DNA from: Eledone cirrhosa | Lineage: Eukaryota | Length of the DNA: 64,000 bases | NCBI GenBank assembly: GCA_964016885.1 | Contig: OZ024755.1 | Coordinates: 37,138,001 to 37,202,000, forward strand | Direction of reading: 5' to 3' | In this document: piece by piece, positions 41,552 through 56,091 of the stretch | How positions within the stretch are numbered: the first letter of the stretch is position 1 | Layout: each line of letters opens with the position of its first letter | Notes under the pieces: generated by a model | What the model was told of the DNA's origin: nothing | The model's input: only the letters and a program-made list of their open reading frames with translations | Databases searched by the model: none | Program-made: the position numbers and the translations under genes

Positions 41552-41600
41552 GATTCCTGATGATTTCGAAAGAATGAAACAGTTCTAGTCCTGTAGAATC
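41552..41600 (+). ncRNA. Type-I hammerhead ribozyme motif (intronic, sense) in fold-back 41485-41617
   Basis: gattc CTGATGA tttc-gaaa-gaat GAA acag-ttctagtc-ctgt A gaatc: all three stems present, GUA triplet. Decayed relatives lie at about 47905-47950 and 53027-53078. Confidence 0.8.
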
Positions 41601-41683
41601 TCATCTATATTAAAACTTTTATACTCTGCAATGTATTGAGTACCTTACTTACTGTGGTTACCTCCGATTCAACCCGGAATAAC

Positions 41684-41748
<65 letters not shown>

Positions 41749-42250
41749 ATGTTTGTGTTTGAAAACCTAAAAGAATTTAATAAACATCAAATGAATAGTT
41801 TGAACATTTGAGACATTACACTTTTTTAATTGTAAAACAAAACGCATAGAAAACAATTTCTCGTGTGGGACATTAGATGTAACATCTATAATATTCAGAA
41901 AGGAAGGTTAAAACGGCCATACGAAATACGAGAGATAATTTACATTGAAAAAAACATTGCCAAACATTAAATAAACGAAATCAATGGTTTATTAAAAAGT
42001 TTCATCACTTGAATGGTTATTAACATTACACTTTAACATTATACAAATTTACATTTCTTTTCAAAATTGATGAGTTAAATATATGCTATGATACATTTAA
42101 TAATAATTTTGCCTTGGAGGATTCTGTTCGATATTTCAGTAGCAATTTAATGGTAAAGGCTATTAACCATGTAGATATGCTGTGAATAACACGCAGGATT
42201 TAGGTGACGCATGAATTTAGATGACAATAAACTTACAATATACACATATA

Positions 42251-42312
<62 letters not shown>

Positions 42313-42318
42313 ATATAA

Positions 42319-42381
<63 letters not shown>

Positions 42382-42466
42382 GAAGAACTATCCCACCTTG
42401 AAGTACGTATATTTTCTTAAATATTATGTGCGTAAAAAAATACAATGTTTCTCTAACGTGATATGG

Positions 42467-42562
<96 letters not shown>

Positions 42563-42770
42563 CTCTCTCTCAATATATATATAGGAAAAAGTATGACCCC
42601 GACGGCAGAGTTCAAGCCGTTGCGACGGCTATTAATCCAGAAATAGCCGTAGCAACGGCTTGAGTTCTGCCGTCGGTGTCATACTTTTTCCTATTACCCA
42701 CTCTACTACCCTACGTATTGAGTACTCTGGTGCGTTATGGTCCATCTCCTTCCTTACCACAATTCCTTCG

Positions 42771-42826
<56 letters not shown>

Positions 42827-42954
42827 CAATAATAATAAATTTGAAGACTGAAATCCAAAGAGGGCTCGATAAGGATAAATATATATCAGATACATAAGAA
42901 CCGTACAACAGCGATTCTTTGCTTAAACTTTAATCTGTTATTTTAATAACTATA

Positions 42955-42987
<33 letters not shown>

Positions 42988-43109
42988 AATATGAATTATT
43001 GAGGCTCTGGGTAAATGTCTACTTAGCTTTTCTACTGAGAATCACAAGAATCGTTAATATTATATATGTTGTAAACCTTTAAATTAATATATATTTGTAT
43101 ATACACATA

Positions 43110-43527
43110 ATCTTCTTGTGACACTAAACTCCGCCAGTTGCAGACTGTACATCATGTGATATCTCTCTCCACAAAGTTCGATCACCAACAGCAGAGTTTA
43201 AAGAGCAAAGGTCAAGTCCAGTCCATAAGTCGACATTGACAAGCCATCGTTTTGGCTGCCGGCCTCTGCTTCTCTTACCAGCCAACCTTCTTTCCAGACA
43301 TAACCTACTCACACCACGAGTTGATCTTTTTATATGACCGTATAGTTTAAGTACTCTTGACTTGACAATTGATGTAATTGGTCTAAGTTTGGTAATGTTG
43401 TGCAGCTCACTGATACAGATATGGTAACTGAGCTCCTTGCCAGTCATAAATTTCATGATGTGGTTCTGGAATGTAGAGAGCTTCTGAAGTGACCTTGTCG
43501 TCCAATTATCACAGTCAAGACCATATA
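43110..43527 (-). mobile_element. RTE-clade LINE 3' fragment (second, longer copy about 36320-36850 on -)
   Basis: KSRVLKLYGHIKRS...LERRLAGKRSRGRQPKRWLVNV...VGDRTLWREI is a typical RTE ORF C-terminus; short AAG tail. Confidence 0.8.
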
Positions 43528-44099
43528 CACATATATGCTAGGTTATTCAATAATTTTGTTAATTACTGGAGGTGGTATCGATACAAGCCATTCCTATTAT
43601 AGCAGAGTGTCTATATTAAGATTGATACGGTGGAGTTTCATTTTAAATGTATCAAGTATATGTTGCAGTGATTGGCTCAAGATTCATATTGATGTATTAG
43701 GGCTCACACAGGATTGATCTGTTCATCAGACGTGCAAATACTTTTTGAAACGAATGAAAAGCTTTGATGGAGAGATCGATACCGGTGTGAAGTCTATCAC
43801 TTCAAGCCATTCATCCGTGAAGCGTACGTAACAGTCGGTATTCATTAGAAATATTTAAAAGCGAAATTTAGTCTTATCAAACATAAATATATAAACAAGA
43901 AGTTTAACTCAACAGAGTAATATTAGCTTCGTTTATTTCTATTCGTTGCTATATACTTATTCTATCTGCGTACATATTCTTCTATCGAATAAGTATTTGG
44001 TATATATACAATATACTGTGTTACTTTTACGAAATATGGCTCTGTCTCTCTCTCTCTCTCTATATATATCTTTTAATTTGGTTATATATATATATATAT

Positions 44100-44612
44100 A
44101 CACAGACATGTATATAATGTGAAATGAAACTGGAAGGCCCATGTATATACGTGTGTGTATGTATGTATATAAATATGTCTGTGTATACATATATATATGT
44201 GTGTGCGTGTGTGTAAAAATATATGTAGGTGTCTGTGATCTATATAGACTGGTCATAGACACACACACACACACACTCATATATATATATATACACAACA
44301 ACACCACCAGCTCTCTCTTCCATTCACCTCATCTGTCTCCTGTCCCTCTCTCTATGTCTCTCTTTCAATCTACTCTCTCACAACTACTATTTCTTCCGCT
44401 CTAACTTTCTCTCTCTTTGTTTATGAAGGTATCCGGAAAAACCCCATATCCCGGGAACCCGTGGTCAGATTTACGCGAAACTTGTTTTATTCCATTTGTA
44501 TTCCCATTTCAGGATCAACTTCCTTTCAAAGTATTTTCCCATTATGCGCCCTTTTGGCTGTATTACATTACAGACAAGCAAGCAATCACAGAGTTTTAGT
44601 AGTTTATAGATG
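44100..44612 (+). mobile_element. Microsatellite-containing Helitron/DINE-like repeat (inverted second copy about 63420-63960)
   Basis: Two diverged copies share gatttacgcgaaacttgttttattccatttgtattcc and end acagacaagcaagcaatcacaga...ttttagta...tagat. Confidence 0.5.
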
Positions 44613-45726
44613 GATGTGGTATGTTAGTGTAAACACTTGCGACGTCGAAGCTTGTTACTTTACATATACAGGATGGCCTCAACATTCTCTTTTTGGCATG
44701 CCATACTGAGGAGTATTTCCATCATTTTATCCCCTATGAATAGATCCAAAATATTTTAATGTCGACGAAAAGGAGAGACGCTTTGAGGTATCTTTGTTTG
44801 TATCTCTTCGATTAATCTTCTCGCTGTTAGTAACTGAACGAACGTGGACGTACATTTGCGAAAACTATTTGACTTTTTCCTGAAGACTTTTTGAACCTTA
44901 ATACTATGACATTAGATTTTCTTGCTGTTTTCTTATACATAATTTGTTAATTATATTCTAGGCCATGGCCGATTGCATATTTTACACTGAGGTAGAAATT
45001 TGGGCTTGAATATATTTTTGTTGCATTGTTTGATATGTGGCTGAGAGCTCTTTGTCAGTTTTATATAGTAGTTTATTGATTTTTCTATTGATGGATTATT
45101 CATTTTGAGAATTTGAGAAGGGAGATTTCTTCAACTTTTCCCGGTTAATAATGATAGGGTTATATTCCCAATGGACTTTGCTATACTTTCGGATTAATTG
45201 GGAGGCAGTTTTCAAACGTTACGAATTTTTCCTATTCTGATCAGGAGGTTTCCTATCTGTTTTCCTTTTGCACAGCATCTAATCTGTTTTCAGTAAAAAG
45301 TACTTTTGTTGTAATGGTAGCAGAAAGGTGTTCAAGAGAGATTCACAACGGTACAATTGATAAAGGTAGCAATTAGATGTTGGAATGATATGTTAGTAGA
45401 GATTACTACTTCAGGAAAATGGAGATGTAATAATGATGTTCATATTCCATGGTAGCGGAAAAGATCACAAGACATATTTCAAAACATAATAAAGATGTAT
45501 TTTCTATCTCCATATTAATACATGTACAAGGCGAGTGAAGAGCTTCAAACATATCATATAATCAAGTTGAACGATAAATGTAATTCTCTGCAGAGTTATA
45601 TATCGAGATTACTCTCGGCTTTAGAGGGCAAGATCAAGAAAATCAGGAAGTGAGTTACACGGTACTGCTCAGTAGAAGATCCCCAACGTAATTGTGGGAG
45701 AATTGATAATTAGGCGTGAAATTGAC

Positions 45727-45933
45727 TGCTGGGTGGAAGTCGTTCTTAGTATTCCTACGCCACCAACCCTAAGGACTGGCAACTGACCAAGCACGACCAA
45801 ATTACTCCGCCTCAATAAAGTAGCACTATTGCTGGGCGGAAGTCGTTCTTAGTATTCCTACGCCACCAACCCTAAGGGCTAGCGACTGACCCAAGCACGA
45901 CCAAATTACTCTGCCCCAATAAAGTAGCACTAT
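45727..45933 (+). repeat. ~103-bp direct tandem duplication
   Basis: tgctggg(t/c)ggaagtcgttcttagtattcctacgccacc...caataaagtagcactatt occurs at 45727 and 45830. Confidence 0.85.
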
Positions 45934-45943
45934 TTATTGCATG

Positions 45944-46500
45944 CTACATGTTTTTTAATGTGGCCGAACAATATTCAGAAACCTCAGGTTCTGACAGCCT
46001 GGAGCAGTCAAATGATTTTCTCTTTGCGGATTTTTGTTTGTTGCTTCGTAAGCTCAGCTCAACTTTTGCAGAGACTATTCTGTGGTCAAAGCAGACACTT
46101 TCAAAAGAGGTGAATGATTCGCAGTTAAGTACAACATCTTTCCACTTATTGATCAGAATATAGTCCAGGTGGACTTTTGATTGATTTGTATCTATATACA
46201 TCCAACGCTTTCCGTTTCTTTTCTGGGATTTTGTGTTCAAATAGATATGTCTATTTTGTGCTATAAACTAAAAACTTTCTGAAACTGTCTCCATATCGAT
46301 TTGAGTGTTGCTGAAAGCTGAAAGTGCTTCTATTGACTTTGCCAATATGAGTATTCATATATCCAAAGATGAGAAGAACTGTTTTAGGGAATATCACTGA
46401 CATAGAATTGAGAGTTCATCAGGAAATACAAAGACATCAGTTTCATCGCTAACATTAGTTGGCCTCTAGTAGAATATTATTAACGTTTGTGGCTTGATAC
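45944..46500 (-). mobile_element. Decayed LINE apurinic-endonuclease-domain fragment
   Basis: HLDYILINK...FESVCFDHRIVSAK matches the C-terminal APE motifs (DY(I/V)L ... SDH). Confidence 0.65.
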
Positions 46501-46594
46501 TGAATGTGACAATGACTATGTATTAATAACCATCCGATTACTAAATTAACCTAGGAATGGATTAGACATGTGACAAATATCTCCATAATAGCCT

Positions 46595-47810
46595 CTACTT
46601 CTCCGAATTGAGAGATCACAGCTCTGATACTATGGGCATGAAATTAGAAAGAATCACTGGAGAGTCTCAGGAAAGAATCACTGGAGAGTCACTCTAGGTA
46701 AAGCTGCTACTTCTCCGAATTGAGAGATCACAGCTCTGATACTATGGGCATGAAATTAGAAAGAATCACTGGAGAGTCTCAGGAAAGAATCACTGGAGAG
46801 TCACTCTAGGTAAAGCTGATACTTCTCCGAATTGAGATATCACAGCTCCGATACTATGGTCATGTGGTTAGAATGTCTCAGGAAAGAATCACTGGAGAGT
46901 CACTCCAGGTAGAGCTGCTACTTCTCCGAATTGAGATATCACAGCTCCGATACTATGGTCATGTGGTTAGAATGTCTCAGGAAAGAATCACCGGAGAGTC
47001 ACTCCAGGTAGAGCTGCTACTTCTCCGAATTGAGATATCACAGCTCCGATACTATGGTCATGTGGTTAGAATGTCTCAGGAAAGAATCACCGGAGAGTCA
47101 CTCCAGGTAGAGCTGCTACTTCTCCGAATTGAGAGATCACAGCTCCGATACTATGGTCATGTGGTTAGAATGTCTCAGGAAAGAATCACCGGAGAGTCAC
47201 TCCAGGTAGAGCTGCTACTTCTCCGAATTGAGAGATCACAGCTCCGGTACTATGGTCATGTGGTTAGAATGTCTCAGGAAAGAATCACTGGAGAGTCACT
47301 CCAGGTAGAGCTGCTACTTCTCCGAATTGAGAGATCACAGCTCCGGTACTATGGTCATGTGGTTAGAATGTCTCAGGAAAGAATCACTGGAGAGTCACTC
47401 CAGGTAGAGCTGCTACTTCTCCGAATTGAGAGATCACAGCTCCGGTACTATGGTCATGTGGTTAGAATGTCTCAGGAAAGAATCACTGGAGAGTCACTCC
47501 AGGTAGAGCTGCTACTTCTCCGAATTGAGAGATCACAGCTCCGGTACTATAGGCATGTGGTTAGAATGTCTCAGGAAAGAATCGCTGGACAGATTTTACG
47601 GGAGAAACCAACTGGTAGGAGACCCAGGGGTAAACCCTGAGCACAATGATTGGATAACATCCATGAGCTTGGCTGGTTACGCTTGGGGAGTTACAGCCGG
47701 ATCAGGTGGAGATGGTTGCTTCTGACAGGACCCGCTGGAAGAAGTGTTTGCGGACTCTGCCCCCACAACCCTCTCAGGAATAGGTGGACGAAGGAAAGAA
47801 GAAGAAGACA
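46595..47810 (+). mobile_element. RTE-clade LINE 3' end with an internal tandem amplification (two 112-bp units, then eight 99-bp units)
   Basis: A 33-aa repeat, ESLQVELLLLRIERSQLRYYGHVVRMSQERITG, runs into QILREKPTGRRPRGKP and an AAG tail. A related 3' end lies at about 39590-39738. Confidence 0.85.
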
Positions 47811-48089
47811 AATAATATAACAAAAGTGTAACACAGCTGTTGTGTGCACATGTTTTATAGGTATCATGCCTTGCCCCCTAAAATATAACATTCGTGCGAA
47901 GTCATCATCATGATTTCATACGAATGAAACAGTCATAGTCCTGTAGAAGTCATTTCTATATATAATAAAGATGCCTATTCTCTACCTATGTATTGAGTAT
48001 CTTACCTAACTGTGGTTCGCCTCCCCTACACCACATGGGAACCTACATATTTCTCTTTTATCTTTTCACTTCTTTAATTTCTCATTCTT

Positions 48090-48125
48090 TCTTCTGATGA
48101 AGGACTAGCGTCCGAAACGTTAAGA
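48090..48125 (+). ncRNA. Minimal hammerhead ribozyme motif of Penelope pLTR type (intronic, sense)
   Basis: tctt CTGATGA a ggac-tagc-gtcc GAAACGTT aaga: palindromic AACGTT stem III, with pyrimidine-rich flanks. Confidence 0.8.
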
Positions 48126-48224
48126 TTCTTTTCCTACTATATCAAGCGTAAAACTAATCATACATTTCTTCATCGTACCGTGTCCTTCGTTTTGTTATTT
48201 TTGTTTGATTTTGCATACACACAC

Positions 48225-48322
<98 letters not shown>

Positions 48323-48831
48323 GTATTGAGGATCGCGAGAATATGATTAATAGCTTATAAAGGTTGATCCAGTAGCCTGCCATTTTAGAGTTTCAGTTAC
48401 ATGCTAGACATTTCCCGGAGAGTTAAACGCTGTTTATATCGGTGTTATCCCAGTTTCCTGAGTTGCCTTCTCCTAGAAGAATGGCCTCACAGAGGCTAGA
48501 GGTCCTTCACTCCCAGTGGTTAACCGCGCGATCGTGTATCCACCCAATTATTTCTATGTCCCCGCGCATATATGTATACACATGTGTACATGTGTATACA
48601 TATATATATATGTGTATACATATATACATATTTACACATTTTTGGATGGCCGTTGACCCTAATGAGTTCTTCCGCCCTATGTCATGTTTTATTTTTTGTC
48701 TTGTAGGGTGTCCAAAATCACCCTCCTCACCAAGTAAACATGGTAGGGTTGCCGGTATAGTCGCCGACGACCCGACTATGTGACAGGTTGTACTGGGTTA
48801 CATGTTACCTGTAGCACTCAATAGTGACCCG

Positions 48832-48921
<90 letters not shown>

Positions 48922-49017
48922 TATATATACATATATAATATATATATTTATACATATATAATATATATATATAATATATATATATATATATAATATATAT
49001 ATATAATATATATATAC

Positions 49018-49048
<31 letters not shown>

Positions 49049-49212
49049 ATATATATATACATATATATATAAATATATATATATATACATATATAATATA
49101 TATATATATACATATATAATATATATATTTATACATATATAATATATATATATAATATATATATATATATATAATATATATATATAATATATATATACAT
49201 ATATATATAAAT

Positions 49213-49278
<66 letters not shown>

Positions 49279-49743
49279 CAATAAACATAAATTTGAAAAG
49301 AAAAAATCCAAAGAGGGCTCGATAAGGTTAAATAAATATCAAATATATAAGAACTCTAGAGCAAATATTTATTAAAATAACAGATTAAAGTTTAAGCAAA
49401 GAATCGCTGCTTTCACCCGTAACTTGATCTTCTGAAACTTATCGAGCCCTCTTTGGAATTTAGTCTTCAAATTTATTATTATTACTATATATAATATGTA
49501 TATATATATATATATATTAATTCAAAATATTATCAAAAATATAACCTTTTGTGATCAAGTATATTTTATTATACATATTTCAGAGGTACTGAGCTAACTT
49601 CAACAGTACGTCCTCATCAGATAAAATAAGATGATGCATGACATACCCTGACATAGTAGATGGTTAAGATCCAGTCATGGTAATGACTGGACCATGACTG
49701 GATCTTAACCATCTACTATGTCAGGGTTTGTCATGCATCATCT

Positions 49744-49810
49744 TATTTTATCTGATGAGGACGTACTGTTGAAGTTAGCTCACTACCTATGAAATATGTA
49801 TAATAAAATA
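49744..49810 (+). ncRNA. Hammerhead motif (intronic, sense) in fold-back about 49515-49857
   Basis: tattttat CTGATGA ggacgtactgttgaagttagctcactacctat GAAA tatg TA taataaaata. The mirrored copy on the minus strand at 49561-49628 has a better stem II. Confidence 0.7.
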
Positions 49811-50545
49811 TACTTGATCACAAAAAGTTCTATTTTTGTTAATATTTTGAATGAATATAACTCCGGAAAACCAAAAACTGTTGAGTGCTTCCAATCTATT
49901 GTAAAACTCATTCTTTGATTTATTCATTGAACCTTGTTTAACCTTTAAATATATATATATATATATATGAGAATAAACGTGCTGCGTGGTTGCTAATGGG
50001 TTACATATGAATAAAGTTAGTCCTTCATCAGTGATCTTCCAACCATCATTGGTATTTCATCGCTTTAAAGACCATATACCTCCGGTTGGTGCAAGCAACG
50101 GCTAAAAAAAGTCGTTGGGACACTGGTTGGAAGATCACTGATGAAGGACTAACTTTATTCATATATATATACATATATATATACATACATATATATATGT
50201 ATATATATATATCTTTTCCTGAGTTCAGTTTTTTTCGTTGCTTTTAATGCGGCCAGACTGTCGGTCGCTATATTTGATTTGCAAAGATGTCTAAACGTAT
50301 AGTTATAACTGTGGGGTAATATTCTCTATCGAGTACTAAGCTGCATTCCGGATCTGCATTCGTTAGCTTGGCCACAGCTGTACTAAAATTTGTATATATA
50401 TATATCTATATATCTATCTATATATATATATATATATTAAAATAACAGATTTGCTCTACGGTTCTTTTATATTTGATATATATTTATCCTTATCGAGCCC
50501 TCTTTGGATTTTAGTCTTCAAATTTATTATTTACTATATATTATT

Positions 50546-50619
<74 letters not shown>

Positions 50620-50851
50620 GAAGTAATTCCGTCGGAAAAGTCCAGGAAAAAAGAGTGCTCTATGTAGGTAACAGAGCTTAATAGTTATGTAATAAACAAC
50701 ATAAGGCAATTATTCCATTTACCAGTGGTTTCTTAAAAGCAAAAAATTTTGCTTTCAATCATCAGAATGAAAAAATCCTGGTCTGTTTATTGAATTTTGA
50801 TTTAAAAAATAATTTAAAAAAAATCCAAATTCAATAAACAGACCAGGATTT

Positions 50852-50911
50852 TTTCATTCTGATGATTGAAAGCAAAATTTTTTGCTTTTAAGAAACCACT
50901 GGTAAATGGAA
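50852..50911 (+). ncRNA. Type-I hammerhead ribozyme motif (intronic, sense) in fold-back about 50686-50938
   Basis: tttcatt CTGATGA ttgaaagcaaaa-tt-ttttgcttttaa GAAACC act GGTA aatggaa: 7-bp stem I, 12-bp stem II, GUA triplet. An exact mirror lies on the minus strand at about 50713-50772. Confidence 0.82.
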
Positions 50912-51143
50912 TAATTACGTTATGTTGTTTATTACATAAATATATATATATATATAGGAGTAAGTAAGACCCCGACGGCTGAGCTCAAGCCGTTTCGACG
51001 GCTAATTCTGAAACGGCTAATTCTGAAACGGCTTGAGCTCAGCCGTCGGGGTCTTACTTACTCCTATTACCCACTCTACTACCCTAAGTATTGAGTACTT
51101 TGGTGCGTTATGGTCCACCTGGTTCCTTACCACTTTTCCCTCG

Positions 51144-51204
<61 letters not shown>

Positions 51205-52077
51205 CATAAATGGTAGGGCTTCAGTTTTGGTGCAATCTCTGTTTATTGAATCCTATGAGAAAGAATTTAACCGTGCCAGTTAATTCTAACCAAAGGATAC
51301 TCTCACTGGGCTAGATTCATTTGTATAAGTTGTAATCCTATGTTACGGTATTTCCTTTATCTACAAACTATCCACCATTCCGTTAAATGCAAGACTATCA
51401 ATTAATAAATAGCCACATAATTGTCATTCATATTTAATTCCAAAGGTAGCAATTATATCTAAAATCTAACTCGAAAGTAATGACAGGCGTTTAATGCTTC
51501 ATATTATTTATATTGTCATTTACATATTGTGCTTATTCTCTTATGTACCATGTTCGCATGTTTGCTTGTTTGTGAATCTCTAATAATAAATCCCCCCCCC
51601 CCCTCCCTCAGCTATTTCAAAGATAATAGCAACCATCCTTTCCTTTTGTTAATTAAGACTTGAAGAAAACGTGGACGATAGTATTCTAAACGGTAAATAA
51701 TTTGGAAAATAATACAATGGTCCACATAAATTATATGAGTTGAAACATTTCTATTTCCCTTATTCAAAATGGCGCGGATGAGACGCTTGATATAGTAGAT
51801 CAAGTACTGCACTTATGAATGAAAGGTTATGATTTTGATTCCCGAACCGGATGGCGTGTTGTGTCTTTGAACAGGATATCTCACTTAACGTGGTGACATC
51901 ACTGATACATGGCTCTAATGGCCTTTGGCATTCGGCCTTACAAATTCAGTGAACTGGAAAGGGCAGTCATACATGCAGGAAAGACTGTTGGGATTACACC
52001 CTACGCCCCAAAGCAACAGAAAAGGGTCCTTTCCTTTTAATGTGACACAAGTGATTAATGCGACGTGACAAGGATCA

Positions 52078-52521
52078 CCATCATCATCATCATCCGGCAG
52101 CCTCAGCCAAACCCGACTCAATAATTGATCTCCACGTGGGTCTATCGTTCATTGCCGTTGCCAAATCCTGAATTTCAATACCAGATCTCTGGATGACATC
52201 GGGATAGGAGAGCCTGCGTCCCCTGTTATTAGTGATGGCTTGTGGTTTCCAAAGCACGAATGTGGACACAGCCACATAGGAGGCACGATGGCAGTGGCCA
52301 GCAAATTGGGATAGGAGAGCTTGCGCCTCCTGTTATTAGTAGACTGTTTGTGGTTTCCAAAGCACTAATGGGGACACAGTCTCATAGGTGGCACGATGGC
52401 AGTGGCCAGCAAATTAGGATAGGAGAGCTTGCGCCCCCTGTTATTAGTAGACTGTTTGTGGTTTCCAAAGCACTAATGGGGACACAGTCTCATAGGTGGC
52501 ACGATGGCAGTGGCCAGCAAA
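52078..52521 (-). mobile_element. RTE-like LINE 3' end with three ~108-bp tandem units
   Basis: The minus strand encodes FAGHCHRA...VLWKP...GRRLSYPDVI...AMNDRPTWRSI and has a (GAT)n tail. Units start at 52201, 52308 and 52416 on +. Confidence 0.75.
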
Positions 52522-52780
52522 TCTTACTCTCCTTTTATGTACAACGACAGATAGAGTATCGGCTTTTTAACGTATTCCCATTGAAATGCCTCGAGAAAGT
52601 TGGGAAATTCAGAACTTCCTAATTGTTAGGTGAATATATCAAAATATAGTCGAACGAAGGGCGTAAATGTTTTCTGTAAAAGATTGTCATAATATACAAA
52701 CAAGAGAGATGATAAATTCGACATTTTAGCTCTGTATAATCTTCAACCTCTATCCATTCCACAATCAGCGTCAATCTCTC

Positions 52781-52844
<64 letters not shown>

Positions 52845-52943
52845 ACCATACACGAATTGAAAAACCCTTCGCGATTGAAACACGTGTTCTCAATTATAGT
52901 TTGCAAATCTGTTGTGGAAATCTCTCTCTGTCTCTCTCTCTCT

Positions 52944-52989
<46 letters not shown>

Positions 52990-54897
52990 ATATAGAAATG
53001 GCTTCTAAAGGATTAGAAATAATCAGGGCTTCATGATGATTTCTCCCGAATGAAACGGTTCTAGTCCTTTAGAAGCCATTTCAATATTAAATATTTATAT
53101 TCTGCTATGTATTGAGTACCTTACTTACTGTTGTTACCCCAGATTGAACCCGGGATAAACTTATATATATATATATATATATAACGAAGGAATTGTGGTA
53201 AGGAACCAGATGGACCATAACGCACCAAAGTACTCAATACTTAGGGTAGTAGAGTGGGTAATAGGAACAAGTATGACCCCGATGGCAGAGCTCAAGCCGT
53301 TTCGACGGCTATTTCTGGAAATATCATCTTGGTTAAGAGAGTGGGACTGGCTTTGTGCAGTGCCTTTGCTCACTATAAAAATTCACGACACAGGCATTGC
53401 TTTATATCTGGAGATCTCTCTGCACTTGTCATCACATGGTACCATGGGCCAAGCACTATGTGTCAATAATTGTCACAAGTGTAGCGTTTGTACCAGAGTT
53501 TTCAAGTCGCTGGCTGGACTAAAAAGTCACACCCGTTCAGCGCATCGGTAGGGGTTCTCCTACATGGATATAAAGTAGTGGCCGTACTCGAAAACGAGTT
53601 GGCAGCCACCATATATGTATGTATGTATGTTCTCGTTTTATAATTTCACAAATCTTTTCACCAATAGAGAGTCGGTTTCTAACATAGACACAAGACTCTC
53701 TCATTGGAATTTACACATCAACTAGGTAGATATTTCTGCATGTCTGCATGCATGTGTGTGTGTGCAGGTGTGGATGCTATTGTATGTGTGGATGTGTATG
53801 GTTTGAGTTGTATGTGTGCATGTGTATATGCTTTGTATCTGTACATGTGTATATGCAGTTATTAGATGCAAAGTTTTTGGAACGTTTTACATATTTTTAC
53901 TGTTCCATTAATGGATTGTACTTGTAATTTCTTAACTAATCTTGTTCTTTCCGTTTCTGTATGTATGTACGTATGTATGTATGTTTATCTCTTTCTCTTA
54001 ATTTCGAGTATATTTTTTTGACCGGCCACCTTCCTGGTGGCAAGGTTGTAAAAGAAAAGAAATTGTCATCACTTGAATCGCAAGAATGTTTTGCAAATTT
54101 TGAAGGTGCCAGCTATCGCAGCCATTTGTAGACTATGAATTAGGGAGCTGCGCTGTTTGTCCGCAAATCCAAGTTTAGTTATACTTTGGTCCAAGCGAGT
54201 TGGTATATAATCCATAGCTCCAATAATGATGGGTATGAAGCTAAAGGTGTATCTTGGATACTGCATTTGCAAACTCCTCATCAATGGTCCATAGATGTCC
54301 TCCTTCTCTTGTATTTTTCTGACAACGTTTACATCAAGTGGGCAGTTGATCTCTACAACAGAGCACGTTTTCAATGTGTGGCCCCAAATAACAATATCTG
54401 GCCGGTTGTGTTTTAATTTAGTGGCAGTTTTTATTTTCAGGTTCCCTCAGTATTCCTTAGTGCCATCTGTCTCAATATATTCTTCCTCGTTTGTTTTTAA
54501 TTTTGTTTTCCGAAGTGCGTTCCAGATGGATCTAGCTATCACATCGTGTAAATCACAGTAGTCAAATCCAGGATTTTCAACAATGGAGAAGATTTAACTA
54601 TCTGTGTTTACACAGCAAATGCAAATGTGTGAATGACTCGAAGCACGTGTTGCAATTTTTAAAAAAATACACACATCGTACCAGCGTCATCCGAGTGGCG
54701 TGAATAGGTTTATCGACAGCTAGAAATAGCAGCCGAGTCCTTTCAACTGAGTTAGCTCTACAATTAAGGGTCCGTATATATATCCAAAATTAAATTAAGG
54801 GTGTCATGGCTGAGAGACATGTGCCATATCCACTATAGAATATGCTCAAAGATTCCAATGAATAGATCCGAGCATTTATATCAACTAGAAATTGATT

Positions 54898-54953
<56 letters not shown>

Positions 54954-55140
54954 TATATATATAACGAAGGAAAAGTGGTAAGGAACCAGGTGGACCATAA
55001 CGCACCAAAGTACTCAATACTTAGGGTAGTAGAGTGGGTAATAGGAACGAGTAGGACGCCGACGGCTGAGCTCAAGCCGTTTCGAGTCCAGAATTAGCCG
55101 TCGAAACGGCTTGAGCTCAGCTGTCGGGATCCCATTCGTT

Positions 55141-55197
<57 letters not shown>

Positions 55198-56007
55198 TTA
55201 AGGATACTATTTATGGTTATGTATGTAATAAAACCTTTTATGGTTATATATTTTTTATACAAACCCTAAATAGTGAAAGATAGTCATTAATTACTATCTT
55301 ATTACCAGTAAGATAAATAGCTCAATGTAATAACATCGGTTGTTTTACAGAGCAGAATAAACATATGAAACAATCACAGGGATAATTTGTAAAGTGTGTA
55401 AGCACACACAGCTAGGTAGGTAACTAATTAAAGTTTAACTAGAACTTCAAAAATACCTTTTAAAATGATTAATCTCCTTTGTATATATTTCATTAATTTA
55501 AGAAATAGGGCGGTGGATTGGTAGTATCGGTAGAGAGTCGGATGCCATGCTTTCCATCATAGTTACGGACCTTTACGGTCTGAGTTCAAATCCCGCTGAA
55601 GTTCACTTTGCCTTTCATCCTTATGGGGTCGATAAAATAAAGTACCAGTAATGTACTGGGTATTTGCTGGCCTTGTGCCAAAAGTAGAAACAATTAACTA
55701 AAGAAATATATTTCACCATCAAGCGGTAAATCACAGTAGACAAATCCAGGATTTTCAGCAAAGCTGTGTGTGTTTACACACTTTACAAATTATCCCCTGT
55801 GATTGTTTCATATGTTGTTTACTTGTCCCTCTCGCCTTATGCGAATTCCGGTCCCAATAACTTTTTTTAGTTATTGTTCGCACCAACCTGAAGTATCTGA
55901 TTTTTAATGCGATGAAATACCAATGATGGTTGGAAAATCACTGACGAAGGACTATTTTTATCATATGTAACCCATATGCAAACCATGCAGTATTCTTCTT
56001 TCTTCTC

Positions 56008-56091
<84 letters not shown>

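Noticed and set aside
46864-47640. 258-aa repeat protein as a host gene
   Set aside because: It matches an RTE LINE C-terminus and runs into the LINE tail; the upstream units contain stops.
50005-50165. CTGATGA in the fold-back at about 50138
   Set aside because: No downstream GAAA or stem III, so at most a truncated motif.
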